Positions 1 through 9,721 are shown, counted from the stretch's first letter. The stretch is 62,391 bases of DNA from an uncultured Gammaproteobacteria bacterium (GCA_964609895.1 CAZSTG010000006.1:423-62813); one strand, 5' to 3'. A program made the numbers and translations. The notes: generated from the letters alone by a model not told the origin.

Positions 1-80
1 CAAGGAATAATACGTCGACCCCTGTTGTAAAGCAGGGTGAAGATATAGTCCATACACCTAGTAATAGGTGATACTGTATG
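1..80 (+). other. 3' end of an intervening sequence (probable group I-type intron) interrupting the 23S rRNA gene in domain V
   Basis: Universal 23S sequence CGTGAGACAGTTCGGTC starts at 81. The normally invariant preceding segment (GCTGGGTTTAGAACGT in E. coli) is absent and replaced by unrelated AT-rich sequence that ends in G at position 80 (...gatactgtatG|cgtgagacag). A small hairpin ccctg-ttgtaaag-caggg lies at about 21-38. Confidence 0.4.
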
Positions 81-380
81 CGTGAGACAGTTCGGTCTCT
101 ATCCTGTGTGAGCGTTCGATTCTTGAGGGGAGTTCTCTCTAGTACGAGAGGACCGAGAGGAACAGATCCCTGGTTTGCCTGTTGTCACCCTGAGAGGTGG
201 CACCGCAGGGTAGCTAGATCTGGAAGGGATAAGTGCTGAAAGCATCTCAAGCACCAAGCCCACCCCAAGATGAAGAATCGTTGAAGATCCGTTGTAGATG
301 ACAACGTTGATAGGCGAGAAGTGTACGCACCGTGAGGTGTTCTAGCTTACTCGTACTAATTGATCGAATGTTGTGGAGAA
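81..380 (+). rRNA. rrl: 23S rRNA, 3'-terminal exon (domains V-VI), partial at the window edge
   Basis: Contains the sarcin-ricin loop AGTACGAGAGGACCG (about 149-163), GATAAGTGCTGAAAGCATCT, and the terminal GTTGATAGG...GTACTAAT block. It is colinear with the last ~300 nt of E. coli 23S. The 3' end is approximate. Confidence 0.9.
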
Positions 381-528
381 CAAAGGAAGATTTGTTCTAT
401 TTCCCATACGAATATGACAATCGTTTCTGGGATTAGCAGCAAAGATTATCCCTTATGTGTAATTACTCAAGGAAAGTTTGAAATTAACAATTCAATATTG
501 GTAGAATAACGAGAACCGCTCTAGAGTT

Positions 529-648
529 CTCCAGTTTTTTGAGCGACGTGGCACCACCCGATCCCATCCCGAACTCGGAAGTGAAACGCGTCAGCGCTGA
601 CAATACTTGGTTCGCGAGATCCTGGGAAGATAAGTCAAAGCTGGGGAA
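529..648 (+). rRNA. rrf: 5S rRNA
   Basis: CCCGATCCCATCCCGAACTCGGAAGTGAAACGCGTCAGCGC matches the conserved 5S loop B/C-helix III core. The ends CCAGTTTT / AAAGCTGG can form helix I. The exact ends are approximate. Confidence 0.85.
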
Positions 649-653
649 CTGTG

Positions 654-668
654 GAGCGGTTTTTTTTG
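654..668 (+). terminator. T-run closing a long stem that encloses 5S (rRNA operon end / processing stem)
   Basis: AACCGCTC (514-521) is the exact reverse complement of GAGCGGTT (654-661). AGAGTTCTCCAG (523-534) pairs imperfectly with CTGGGGAACTGT (641-652). The stem is followed by TTTTTTTT (660-667). Confidence 0.35.
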
Positions 669-788
669 ATGGCAATTTAGCGAACAAATTCATATTTGTG
701 AGTTTAATTGCCGATCAATCCCGTGCAAACGCTCTTCGAGCCGTCTACGAATAGACGGCGAAAAGGCGAGAAGGAAATTGTTGTGGGA

Positions 789-1088
789 TTATTGTGGATT
801 TTGATGGTCTGTAATGTCAATCTTTGTGTTTCCTCGGTTGACCAGTTCTTCTAAGAATTGATTCATAAAATTAAAATTTGGCGATTGATTCTCTTGAGGT
901 TTTTTGAATTCCCAAGTGCCATCTTCATGTTGAATGGAGCAAGCCCCCTTTACAACGCTATAGTTCGGAATTGGGCGACCATTGCTATCCTTTTCGACAC
1001 TGGCCGCGATTGCGGCTTCAAAGTCTTCTACACCCATAAATGAAGAAATAATTCTTGGTTCTTTTTCCATATGGGTATATAGTAACAA
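789..1088 (-). CDS. hypothetical small protein
   Basis: 99-codon ORF from the track. A more likely ATG start is at 1070 (MEKEPRII...). No motif recognised. It is divergent from the TrmB-like gene. Confidence 0.45.
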   Translation of the reverse strand: MLLYTHMEKEPRIISSFMGVEDFEAAIAASVEKDSNGRPIPNYSVVKGACSIQHEDGTWEFKKPQENQSPNFNFMNQFLEELVNRGNTKIDITDHQNPQ

Positions 1089-1129
1089 ATGGTTTGTACT
1101 CTTAACATTTGAGTGTTAAAATAGAGGTA

Positions 1130-1903
1130 ATGAAACAGCAATCGGAAGCTAATATATCGATGCAATCAGTTGAAACGCTTGTTACACTTGGGCTTACCAA
1201 AGATGAAGCGCGTTCGTACGTACTGCTTGTTTCGGAAGGGTCGCTGGCAGCTGGGGATGTCGCATTGCACCTCAATATTTTGCCGAACGCCGTTTACCGT
1301 GTGATGGGACGACTACAAACAAAAGGGTTTATTGTCATATTAGATACACACCCCGCGACATTTCAGGCAATCCCGACAGATATCGCGATTTCTTCGTATA
1401 TCAACCGCAGACAACAACAATTGGAGGAAATGAAGACTCGTTCGTTGCACCAATTTTCCCGTCAGGATCATCCGACACAGACAAATGTCGATATCCAAAC
1501 GGGGAAGCACCAGATGTTTGAAACGTATATAAAACTTGCAAAGCAAGCAAAACAGGAAATTTGTATTATCTCATTGGGCGAGCCAGTATCTGACGAGATA
1601 AAACTGACGAATCGTGACGCGCTTGAACGGGGAGTGCGGATGTTGTTTATCGCGCATCAGTATACGAAAGAAAATCAACAACTGCTCCAAAGCTGGATAC
1701 GGATGGGGATGGAAGTGCGGCATGTGCAGGGGGGAGGATTTCACCTGCAGATTTTTGACAGAAAAATCGGTGTGCTCACGGCAAATAATCCCAAAAATAC
1801 CGCAGAACGAACGAGTATGGTGATTTACAATGAAGGAATTGCTTCAGTCCTTCGGGATTACTTTGCTTCGGTCTGGGAGAAAGCTGCACATATTGGAGAA
1901 TAA
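1130..1903 (+). CDS. TrmB-family winged-helix transcriptional regulator
   Basis: The N-terminus LVTLGLTKDEARSYVLLVSEGSLAAGDVALHLNILPNAVYRVMGRLQTKGFI matches the TrmB wHTH pattern. The track ORF starts at TTG 1109, but the ATG at 1130 is preceded by GAGGT, so it is preferred. Confidence 0.7.
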   Translation: MKQQSEANISMQSVETLVTLGLTKDEARSYVLLVSEGSLAAGDVALHLNILPNAVYRVMGRLQTKGFIVILDTHPATFQAIPTDIAISSYINRRQQQLEEMKTRSLHQFSRQDHPTQTNVDIQTGKHQMFETYIKLAKQAKQEICIISLGEPVSDEIKLTNRDALERGVRMLFIAHQYTKENQQLLQSWIRMGMEVRHVQGGGFHLQIFDRKIGVLTANNPKNTAERTSMVIYNEGIASVLRDYFASVWEKAAHIGE

Positions 1904-1966
1904 TGCATTGCTGAGCGGTTTTTTCGTGGAATTGGCAAGTAAAAACTTGTAAACTTCTAAATAAAG

Positions 1967-2692
1967 GTGTATGTTCCAATTATTCTTATGGCTCGATTAA
2001 TTGGTGGGAAACATATTGACGATAGTGATCATAATGTTAGCGAAGATGTGGATATTATTCCCGATGAATGTCCCAAATGTGGTCACAAAATAACTCCTGA
2101 TTTGATGTGTGCATATAAATACACACAAAATCATGGATCACGAGAAATACTGCAAGTAATTTTTAAATGTACAAATTCAGATTGCCAACGTTTATTTAAT
2201 ACCTTTTATGAACGCAATATAACGCGTTATTATGACCATGAAATACCTATGAATTTTCGGGACGCCTTCTTACTTACTTATTATAGAAATCCTGCTTTTC
2301 CTGAAATTTTAGATAAGATTTCAGGAAAATTTCGAGAAATTTATAATCAAGCCTACATAGCAGAAAATAATGGTCTTAATGAAATAAGTGGTCCGGGTTA
2401 TCGAAGAGCTCTAGAATTTCTAATCAAAGATTATTTAATTCGATCCGATAGGGAACACGCTAAAGAAATAAAGAGAGAATTATTGGGTCAAGCTATAAAA
2501 AGAATTTCTGACGCAAGAATCCAAGCTTTAGCTGAACGTGCTGCGTGGTTAGGAAATGATGAAACACACTACGTTAAAAAATTTAAAGATAAAGATATAA
2601 CAGATCTTAAAAAATTAATTCAATTAGTTGCTGACCATATTGAAATGGAAGAAGAATCAAAGCCTTATTTAGCTTTAAAAGCTAAAAAATAG
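1967..2692 (+). CDS. zinc-ribbon + DUF4145-like protein
   Basis: Has CPKCGH...C..SDC cysteine pairs. The C-terminal GYRRALEFLIKDYL...AAWLGNDETHY matches the DUF4145 pattern. The gene is visibly more AT-rich than its neighbours. ATG at 1988 is an alternative start. Confidence 0.6.
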   Translation: MYVPIILMARLIGGKHIDDSDHNVSEDVDIIPDECPKCGHKITPDLMCAYKYTQNHGSREILQVIFKCTNSDCQRLFNTFYERNITRYYDHEIPMNFRDAFLLTYYRNPAFPEILDKISGKFREIYNQAYIAENNGLNEISGPGYRRALEFLIKDYLIRSDREHAKEIKRELLGQAIKRISDARIQALAERAAWLGNDETHYVKKFKDKDITDLKKLIQLVADHIEMEEESKPYLALKAKK

Positions 2693-2776
2693 CGAAATCG
2701 TCGGTTATCTATTTGGCAAATAGCCTCGTTTCCTGTATAATACCCTTATTCCAAAGAAAGGCGGATATAATTATTA

Positions 2777-3958
2777 ATGGCACCAAAGAAAAAGTTAGAT
2801 AAACAAACTCCAAAAGTCGCGGAGGAGATTGCGACAGCAAAACAAGAGGAAGTAAAACCTCAACCCCCGAAGAAGATCACAGCAACCACGATGGAAGAGC
2901 TCTTGTCACAGACAGGCTATTCCTTGAAAGGCCTTAAAAAAGGCGATGTCGTGGAAGGAACTGTGACACGGGTCACCCCAAAAGAAGTGACGATTGAAAT
3001 CGGTGGCAAAACCGAAGGCGTGGTCATCGACCGCGAACTTGAATCTTACCGCGATACGATTTTGGCTCTCAAAATCGGCGACCGCGTGACCGCACAGGTC
3101 ATCGTTGCAGAAAACGATCGTGGTCAGTCTGTACTTTCCCTTCGGAAAAGCATTTTCGAAAAACAATGGACAGGGCTCACGGACAAGCAAAAGAGTGGGG
3201 AAGCCATTGACGTCTTGCTCAAAGAGCTTGTGCGTGGCGGAATGCTCGTTGATTGTGGCGGACTTCGTGGGTACATCCCACAGTCTCAGTTTGACAGTGC
3301 GACTTCCAAACAGCTCGATAAAATGGTAGGTAGGCGTATTGCCGTCAAAGTGATGGAAGTGGATCAGGCATCAAATCGCCTTATCTTCTCTCAGCGCGCG
3401 ATGACGGAAGAGGCAAATCTTTCCAAGCAAAAAGAACTCTTGGAACTCATCAAGGTCGGCGACACCGTGGAAGCAAAAGTGACAGGTGTTGTGCCATTTG
3501 GTGCATTTGCCAAATTCTCCGTGGAAAAAGATGGAGAAAAGCATGATATTGAAGGTCTCATTCACATCTCTGAAATTGCATGGGAAAAAGTGGAAGATCC
3601 AGGCCAGTACATCAAAGCCAATGACACCGTGAAGGTAAAAATCATCGGCATTGACGAAAAAACAGGGAAAATGACACTGTCACTCAAACAACTGTTACCG
3701 GATCCATGGGAACACGTACTCGACATGTTCGAGAAAGACACCCAGATCAAAGGAACTGTTTCCCGTGTGTCTCCATACGGTGTGTTTGTGAACTTGTCAC
3801 CTGGAATTGACGGACTCATCCACATTTCCAAGATTTCCCCTGGGGAAGAACCGAAAGTGGGCGATGAAATCACCGTCAACATCGAAGACATTCAGCCGGA
3901 CAAACGAAAAATCAGTCTTTCGATGACACTGACCGAAAAACCAATCGGGTACCGGTAA
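2777..3958 (+). CDS. rpsA: 30S ribosomal protein S1 (four S1 domains)
   Basis: Repeated S1-fold signatures: GDVVEGTVTRV, GMLVDCGGLRGYIPQSQ, GDTVEAKVTGVVPFGAFAKF...GLIHISE, IKGTVSRVSPYGVFVNL..GIDGLIHISK. Confidence 0.85.
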   Translation: MAPKKKLDKQTPKVAEEIATAKQEEVKPQPPKKITATTMEELLSQTGYSLKGLKKGDVVEGTVTRVTPKEVTIEIGGKTEGVVIDRELESYRDTILALKIGDRVTAQVIVAENDRGQSVLSLRKSIFEKQWTGLTDKQKSGEAIDVLLKELVRGGMLVDCGGLRGYIPQSQFDSATSKQLDKMVGRRIAVKVMEVDQASNRLIFSQRAMTEEANLSKQKELLELIKVGDTVEAKVTGVVPFGAFAKFSVEKDGEKHDIEGLIHISEIAWEKVEDPGQYIKANDTVKVKIIGIDEKTGKMTLSLKQLLPDPWEHVLDMFEKDTQIKGTVSRVSPYGVFVNLSPGIDGLIHISKISPGEEPKVGDEITVNIEDIQPDKRKISLSMTLTEKPIGYR

Positions 3959-3981
3959 TACATATTTGTTATTATTGATAT

Positions 3982-6417
3982 ATGTGCGAAACACCAGTTG
4001 GTGTTGTGTTGTCTGAACTTTCTTTACGGAAGAACTATCCATTGGAAGTAAAACACCTTCCTAGCGCACTTGTTGGCATTCGTCCACTGCAACCTGACAG
4101 CCAATTTGACAGAATTGGCTTTAATCAACTGGAAACACCATTTGTGGCAAAGGGAATTGAAAATATCACTCCTGAGAAACCGGATACATATGAAGAATTG
4201 AAGAAGTATGCCTCTGGAATGCGTCTGGATTCTGCAAGTGATAGCATGCGTTACACTGTTGTTGATATTACAGGGCAACCGATGTATCCAACTGAGGAAT
4301 ATAAACGTCGATCAACTATGGTGGACACGAAGGGGAATGTACGACAGGCAATAGTCACTCCTGAAAGTCATAAACCGTGGGAAGGTGTGCCTGTTGGAAA
4401 TGTTATTGTGTTCCGAGATGAATCAGACAGAGTACGACAACTTGGATTTGATCCTGATGCACTTCGTGATCCAACACGCCCAGCGGGTCCTGATAATCCG
4501 CCGAAGAAGTTGTTTCTTGAACTGAGTTATTATCATATCGATAAACTGTATCAGCAATTTCCTCACTTACAAAAATTAACGAGCGCCGACGGGAAACAGG
4601 CGCTTACTGCATTTGAAAGTGGCATTTATACTGCAATTGTTGACGTTGTTGAGAAAGCAAAGGCTGTCGGATATGATCCAAAAGATATTGTGCTGACCGG
4701 ATATACCAATACAGATAATGAACGGTCAAAACAAGTATTGAAAACGTTCGGTTTTAAAGATTACGGTCTCGTTCAAAAATATTCAGAAGATTACCCCTTT
4801 CCACGCGATAGTTTTGTCATGACAGGAGACAGTTGGCATGATTTTCAGCACGTATATGAATCTATTCTTGTACCGAATACAGAAAAAAACGCTGTGCCAC
4901 CTCACCTTATGGTAAAGACGGTACATGAATCACCGCTTAGGATTCCCTTGGAGGCATTGCAACCACAGGGAATCGATAATACGCCGCCGGAGCAATATGT
5001 TTGCAAGCCATACGTTGAAACAGCAGAAACAATAAAATGGAATAAAGATCGGATTACACACGCGACGGAAGCATATACGAAATATGGTGTGTTGACAGAA
5101 GAGACGACTCAGGCAATCTATACGAATATTTTAAAAATAAAGCCTGGTGAGCGAGGGGTGATTGTTGCTGATAGCGCAACAGATCCAGCTGCCGTTGCTG
5201 TATTAATGCATGAAGCAGACGCGTTAGGAGCATCACTTGATATATTTGTACTTCGTGATAAGGCAGAAGATGATCTTGTTTCTGTTACCGCATTTTTACG
5301 GCAGTTTGAAAATGGAACAAACATTCATGTTCGACCATATGACATGCTTCAATCAAAAACATCGTATACTCGCGCATTGGATGCGTATTGGAATGGATAC
5401 TATGACTATGGAATAGGATTAATGAATGCCTCCTATGATATACGGATAAAAAAGATTGCACGTATGGCATATCAACAAACACCAATGATTATGATGCCTG
5501 GAGTGACAATTGAAAGTTTGACATCGCCAATGTTTCAAACAGACAGAGAAAAAATGAATGTGCTCGGAAAACACTATCAAACACTCATGAAGGATGCTGA
5601 TCATGTGACTATTCTATGTCCTGAGGATGGAACAGATTTTACGTATTACATTGACAAGAATACTCCATGGTGGATTGAATCTGAGTTGGACTTCAGCTCA
5701 CGGAGAGATCCAGATCTTTCAAACCTTGGTAATCGTCAGATGCCAGTTGATAACTGGGGTGGGGAAGTGTATACCATTTGTAATTTATCTGGCGATCGTA
5801 TGACCCATGGAACATGGAATGTCTATTGGCCAGATGCAGATCCGTATTTTGAGGCATATGCACGGGGAGAGATAACAAAACAAGAGTTCCAAACATTTGT
5901 TTCAGATCGTACTGATCCGATAAAATTGACATTGGATCATGGAAAAATTGTTCAAATTGATGGAGGTAAGCGAGCTGATATTTTGCGAGAGTATTTACAA
6001 AGAAAGAGCGCAGATGACTTTTTAGAAGATGCAAACTTGTATATAACTGAGCCTGGGGCAGGATTAAATTATAACGCTCGTTCTCCCGAGCAACATGGCG
6101 ATGAAATCATCATGACACTTGAAGCAGAAAAAATTGGACATAAGGATCCACATACTGAAGATCCTGATGGCGGGATGATCCATTTTGGCGTGGGAGAGTC
6201 GTTTATTCATCCAAAATTTTCTTCAAATACGCATTTGGATCATATTGTCGCGGTTCCTGAAGGTGCAACATTGTATCAATGCATCATAAAAAATGATGGG
6301 TCTGCACTGCTTCTTTCAGGAATAAATGGGGTGTTTAACTATTATGCTTCTCAATTTATCCCTGCATCAGCTGTTGCATCTACGTTATCGGATTTGCGTG
6401 CAGGGAAGCTTCAATAA
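3982..6417 (+). CDS. 811-aa protein with an unknown N-terminal half and a C-terminal half resembling M29 (aminopeptidase T/PepS) family
   Basis: Long clean ORF. The C-terminal part shows KPGERGVIVADSATDPAAVAVLMHEADALGA, NWGGEVYT, LDHGKIVQIDG, ITEPGAGLNYNA and MIHFGVGES, which follow the M29 motif order. The function call is tentative. Confidence 0.6.
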   Translation: MCETPVGVVLSELSLRKNYPLEVKHLPSALVGIRPLQPDSQFDRIGFNQLETPFVAKGIENITPEKPDTYEELKKYASGMRLDSASDSMRYTVVDITGQPMYPTEEYKRRSTMVDTKGNVRQAIVTPESHKPWEGVPVGNVIVFRDESDRVRQLGFDPDALRDPTRPAGPDNPPKKLFLELSYYHIDKLYQQFPHLQKLTSADGKQALTAFESGIYTAIVDVVEKAKAVGYDPKDIVLTGYTNTDNERSKQVLKTFGFKDYGLVQKYSEDYPFPRDSFVMTGDSWHDFQHVYESILVPNTEKNAVPPHLMVKTVHESPLRIPLEALQPQGIDNTPPEQYVCKPYVETAETIKWNKDRITHATEAYTKYGVLTEETTQAIYTNILKIKPGERGVIVADSATDPAAVAVLMHEADALGASLDIFVLRDKAEDDLVSVTAFLRQFENGTNIHVRPYDMLQSKTSYTRALDAYWNGYYDYGIGLMNASYDIRIKKIARMAYQQTPMIMMPGVTIESLTSPMFQTDREKMNVLGKHYQTLMKDADHVTILCPEDGTDFTYYIDKNTPWWIESELDFSSRRDPDLSNLGNRQMPVDNWGGEVYTICNLSGDRMTHGTWNVYWPDADPYFEAYARGEITKQEFQTFVSDRTDPIKLTLDHGKIVQIDGGKRADILREYLQRKSADDFLEDANLYITEPGAGLNYNARSPEQHGDEIIMTLEAEKIGHKDPHTEDPDGGMIHFGVGESFIHPKFSSNTHLDHIVAVPEGATLYQCIIKNDGSALLLSGINGVFNYYASQFIPASAVASTLSDLRAGKLQ

Positions 6418-6457
6418 TTGATATACTTTTGTATAAAATAGTGTAGAATGAGCTGTA

Positions 6458-7762
6458 ATGAAGCAACGTTCCTCATTTGTGTGCCAACAGTGCAGTGCAG
6501 AGTTTCCGCAGTGGTACGGGAAATGCCCGAACTGTGATTCATGGAACTCTCTCGTTGAAACAGTGAAAGAAAGTGAAACCTCTTCCGGAGCATTCCATAA
6601 AAAAGTGATGAGTTCGGTAGCACCCCAAAAATTGTCAGCTGTAAAACACATTGAGAAAAACCGCTTAAAAAGCGGCATCCCAGAATTTGACCGCGTGATG
6701 GGTGGAGGGATTGTTCCCGGATCCGTGACGCTTCTTGCTGGAGACCCCGGGGTAGGGAAATCAACACTCCTTCTTCATGTGCTTGCTCCAATCGGTGGTT
6801 TATATGTTTCCGGTGAAGAATCAAGTGAACAGATAAAACTCAGGGCAAAACGTATGGGAATTGATGGGGAAAATATCATGGTGTTATCTGAAACGGTCTT
6901 AGAGGGCATTACAGAGGCTCTTTCAAAAAACACTTCCGTACCACTTATTATCATTGATTCCATTCAGACAATAGCTTCAAATGAGCTTGATGGTATGGCT
7001 GGATCTGTCGGACAGATCAGATATTGTGCGGAAGAACTGGTCAATTTTGCAAAATCCAAAGGCATCCCCATGCTCATCATCGGACATGTTACGAAAGAAG
7101 GGGAGATTGCAGGACCGAAAGTGTTGGAGCATATGGTGGACACTGTCCTGTACCTTGAAGGAGAACGGTATCAGGATGCAAGAATTCTGCGGACGCTCAA
7201 AAATCGGTTCGGTGCGGTCGAAGAGGTAGGAATTTTCGAAATGAAAGAAAATGGACTAAAGGAGATAGCTAATCCTTCCGAGCTATTCTTGCAAGATCGG
7301 GTAAAGAATGTACCTGGGTCTGTGGTGACCGTTATTTTGGAAGGAACACGGCCACTTCTTGTCGAAATTCAGGCGTTGGTTGTGCCAAGTCAGATCCCAA
7401 TTCCACGGCGTGTCGCCAACGGGTTTGATTATAATAGACTCCAACTTCTCATTGCCATTTTACAGAAACGTTGTGGATTACCACTTGGGACATCAGACGT
7501 GTTTGTGAATGTGAGCGGGGGACTTAAAATAACGGAACGCGCGTGTGATCTGGCGGTTGCCGCCGCAATTATTAGTTCTTATAGGAATGTGCCGCTGGAC
7601 GGAAAAACTGCGCTATTTGGTGAGGTAGGGCTTCTTGGGGAAGTGCGTCACGTGGGACAGGAAGAACGGCGGGAAAAAGAAGCAAAGAGGCTCGGGTTTA
7701 CGACAATACTTGCGAGTAAAACAACGAAGAATCTTGGGCAACTACAGAAAATGCTGCAGTAA
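6458..7762 (+). CDS. radA: DNA repair protein RadA/Sms
   Basis: Has the CQQCSAEFPQWYGKCPNCDSWNS zinc finger, Walker A GDPGVGKST, the KNRFG motif and a Lon-like C-terminal domain. Confidence 0.95.
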   Translation: MKQRSSFVCQQCSAEFPQWYGKCPNCDSWNSLVETVKESETSSGAFHKKVMSSVAPQKLSAVKHIEKNRLKSGIPEFDRVMGGGIVPGSVTLLAGDPGVGKSTLLLHVLAPIGGLYVSGEESSEQIKLRAKRMGIDGENIMVLSETVLEGITEALSKNTSVPLIIIDSIQTIASNELDGMAGSVGQIRYCAEELVNFAKSKGIPMLIIGHVTKEGEIAGPKVLEHMVDTVLYLEGERYQDARILRTLKNRFGAVEEVGIFEMKENGLKEIANPSELFLQDRVKNVPGSVVTVILEGTRPLLVEIQALVVPSQIPIPRRVANGFDYNRLQLLIAILQKRCGLPLGTSDVFVNVSGGLKITERACDLAVAAAIISSYRNVPLDGKTALFGEVGLLGEVRHVGQEERREKEAKRLGFTTILASKTTKNLGQLQKMLQ

Positions 7763-7767
7763 GAACT

Positions 7768-8553
7768 TCAGGGGTGCGATTCATTAAATTCTGTGAGTCG
7801 TTGTAGTGCAGATTCAGACTGGAAAAACCATACCAGAGATGGGACAAATGGATCATTCCCTTTCCCGATTTGTTGAAACAACCCAGTTGTCCAGTCATTT
7901 CGAAGAAGTTTATCAGGATATTTGGCTTTCGAGTTGTAGAATATTGGAGTGATTTTTTGTAACGCTTTGACATTTTCTTCCGGCAGATGAGGAATTTTTA
8001 CATACCGAGTTACTCCAACGACACGTCCAGCAAATATATTTGGCACATATATAGCACTATGTTTTTCATAGGATCGTATTACATTCCAATTACGGTATTC
8101 AAATTGTATGGCTTCCCGCGTTGGATTTTTGCTTATTTCTGTGGAAATGTTTCTATATTGTTTGATTATCCAAGAAACAGCTTCAACATTACAAAAATCT
8201 TTCCGTTCAAGTGTATTGAGAATATTTTGTTGAAGATCAATTGGTTCATTTTGGAAATCCAGAAAAACCGAATCTGCCAGATTAGTGAGCACTGCTTGTG
8301 TTTCTTCTGGTGTTTTAACTTTTCCCAAAAGGTGGTAGAGTAAGCCGGTTTGTTCGCCGTCTTGTCTTATCATTGCGTTGAATGTGAATTCTTTTTGATA
8401 CGCATCAGCTATATTAATCATTTCGGAAAACGTTTGTGGGCTTAAAAAAAATGAAGATTGTGTAAAGAGTCCTTTCGTGAATGGGGGAGAAGTCGGTTCA
8501 TATCCGAGATGTTCAAGTGTGGATGCTTGATCCTGACTTTCAATTGGAGCCAT
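7768..8553 (-). CDS. hypothetical protein
   Basis: 261-codon ORF. It is convergent with radA (5-nt gap) and sits between radA and the PIN/TRAM gene. No motif recognised. Confidence 0.55.
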   Translation of the reverse strand: MAPIESQDQASTLEHLGYEPTSPPFTKGLFTQSSFFLSPQTFSEMINIADAYQKEFTFNAMIRQDGEQTGLLYHLLGKVKTPEETQAVLTNLADSVFLDFQNEPIDLQQNILNTLERKDFCNVEAVSWIIKQYRNISTEISKNPTREAIQFEYRNWNVIRSYEKHSAIYVPNIFAGRVVGVTRYVKIPHLPEENVKALQKITPIFYNSKAKYPDKLLRNDWTTGLFQQIGKGNDPFVPSLVWFFQSESALQRLTEFNESHP

Positions 8554-8698
8554 GTAAAAGACGAGTATACCATGAATTTCTGCAAATGCAAGCTATGAGT
8601 AATTATTCTATACAATACTTAAATATTTGCTTTCCATGATGCGTATTTTTTCCTATTTTCAGATTCATTTCATGTTTTCTGTGGTACAATGGGATGCG

Positions 8699-9490
8699 AT
8701 GAAAAAAGCAATTATTCCATCATCTGCAAAGAAACCGGTTGGAAAACACATGGCGCAATCGTCTGCGTTTACCAAGGAGCTTGCACAGGAGATTGTGCGA
8801 AATCTCACCGCGTTTGGCAAGCTGACTGTCCGGCCGTTTCAAAAAAAGACCGGTGTACAGATAAAAAAGAAGCCGACGGCACCGGTTTGTCAGTTTCCCG
8901 TACTTGTGGATACGAGCGTCTTTGTTGATGGCAGAATACTGCCGGTGGTCAACAGTGGATTTATGGCAGCAACCCTCATCATTCCGCAGTTTGTCCTTGC
9001 AGAACTCCAGCATATTGCGGACAGCGCAGATATAATCCGTAGGTCGAAAGGCAGGCGAGGACTTGCGGTAGTGAATGCCCTGAAAAGCCAGCGAGTGAAT
9101 GCGGGAGTCACAGTAAAAATCATTGCGGATGATCCGCAAGAGGTGAAGGAAGTAGATCATAAACTCGTCTATTTGTCCAAATTGTGGAAAGCGCGGCTTT
9201 TGACAGTAGATTTTAATCTTGCGCAGATGGCCAGAGCACAGGGCGTCAAAGTGTTAAACGTGAATGATTTGGCGCAGGCACTGAAAATTGCCCTTATTTC
9301 AGGGGAAGAGCTGACAGTAAAAATAACCCACGCAGGAAAAGAACGAAGCCAAGGGGTCGGCTATTTGCCCGATGGAACTATGGTGGTGGTTGAGGACACA
9401 AAAGAACGAGTAGGGCAGGATGTAGTGGTGGTGATTACCAAAGTGCATCAGACGCCCGCAGGGCAGCTTTTCTTCGCACGGCTGAAATAA
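8699..9490 (+). CDS. PIN/TRAM domain protein (YacL-like)
   Basis: PIN-like VLVDTSVFVDGRI...VDHKLVYLSK...LLTVDFNL, followed by TRAM-like GVGYLPDGTMVVVED...VVVVITKV. The radA neighbourhood is typical for this family. The track ORF begins at TTG 8627; the ATG at 8699 is preferred. Confidence 0.8.
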   Translation: MKKAIIPSSAKKPVGKHMAQSSAFTKELAQEIVRNLTAFGKLTVRPFQKKTGVQIKKKPTAPVCQFPVLVDTSVFVDGRILPVVNSGFMAATLIIPQFVLAELQHIADSADIIRRSKGRRGLAVVNALKSQRVNAGVTVKIIADDPQEVKEVDHKLVYLSKLWKARLLTVDFNLAQMARAQGVKVLNVNDLAQALKIALISGEELTVKITHAGKERSQGVGYLPDGTMVVVEDTKERVGQDVVVVITKVHQTPAGQLFFARLK

Positions 9491-9686
9491 ACCCCTCGAA
9501 AAACTACAATTTCTGTTCCTTTTACACAGGTATATTCCTCCCTCTATTGGAATAGAGAGGGGAGGGGGTTATCCTGAAGTTATCCACAAAAAGTTTGGAA
9601 AATGTAAATAGAGCGTAGTAGCGGTCTATTTATCGTTAAAATAACTATAAGACTATGGTTTTTGACAGCAATATTTCCTATGGGAC

Positions 9687-9716
9687 TTGACAAGATCTGA
9701 AAAAAGGTTTTCAATG
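9687..9716 (+). promoter_or_regulatory. putative sigma70-type promoter for the small ORF at 9722
   Basis: TTGACA (9687-9692), a 17-nt spacer, then TTCAAT. The ATG follows within a few nt, so the mRNA may be leaderless. This is a pattern match only. Confidence 0.25.
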
Positions 9717-9721
9717 AATAT

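Noticed and set aside
484-754. ORFs 484..693 (-) and 539..754 (+).
   Set aside because: They overlap the 5S rRNA gene and its flanking stem, so they are spurious.
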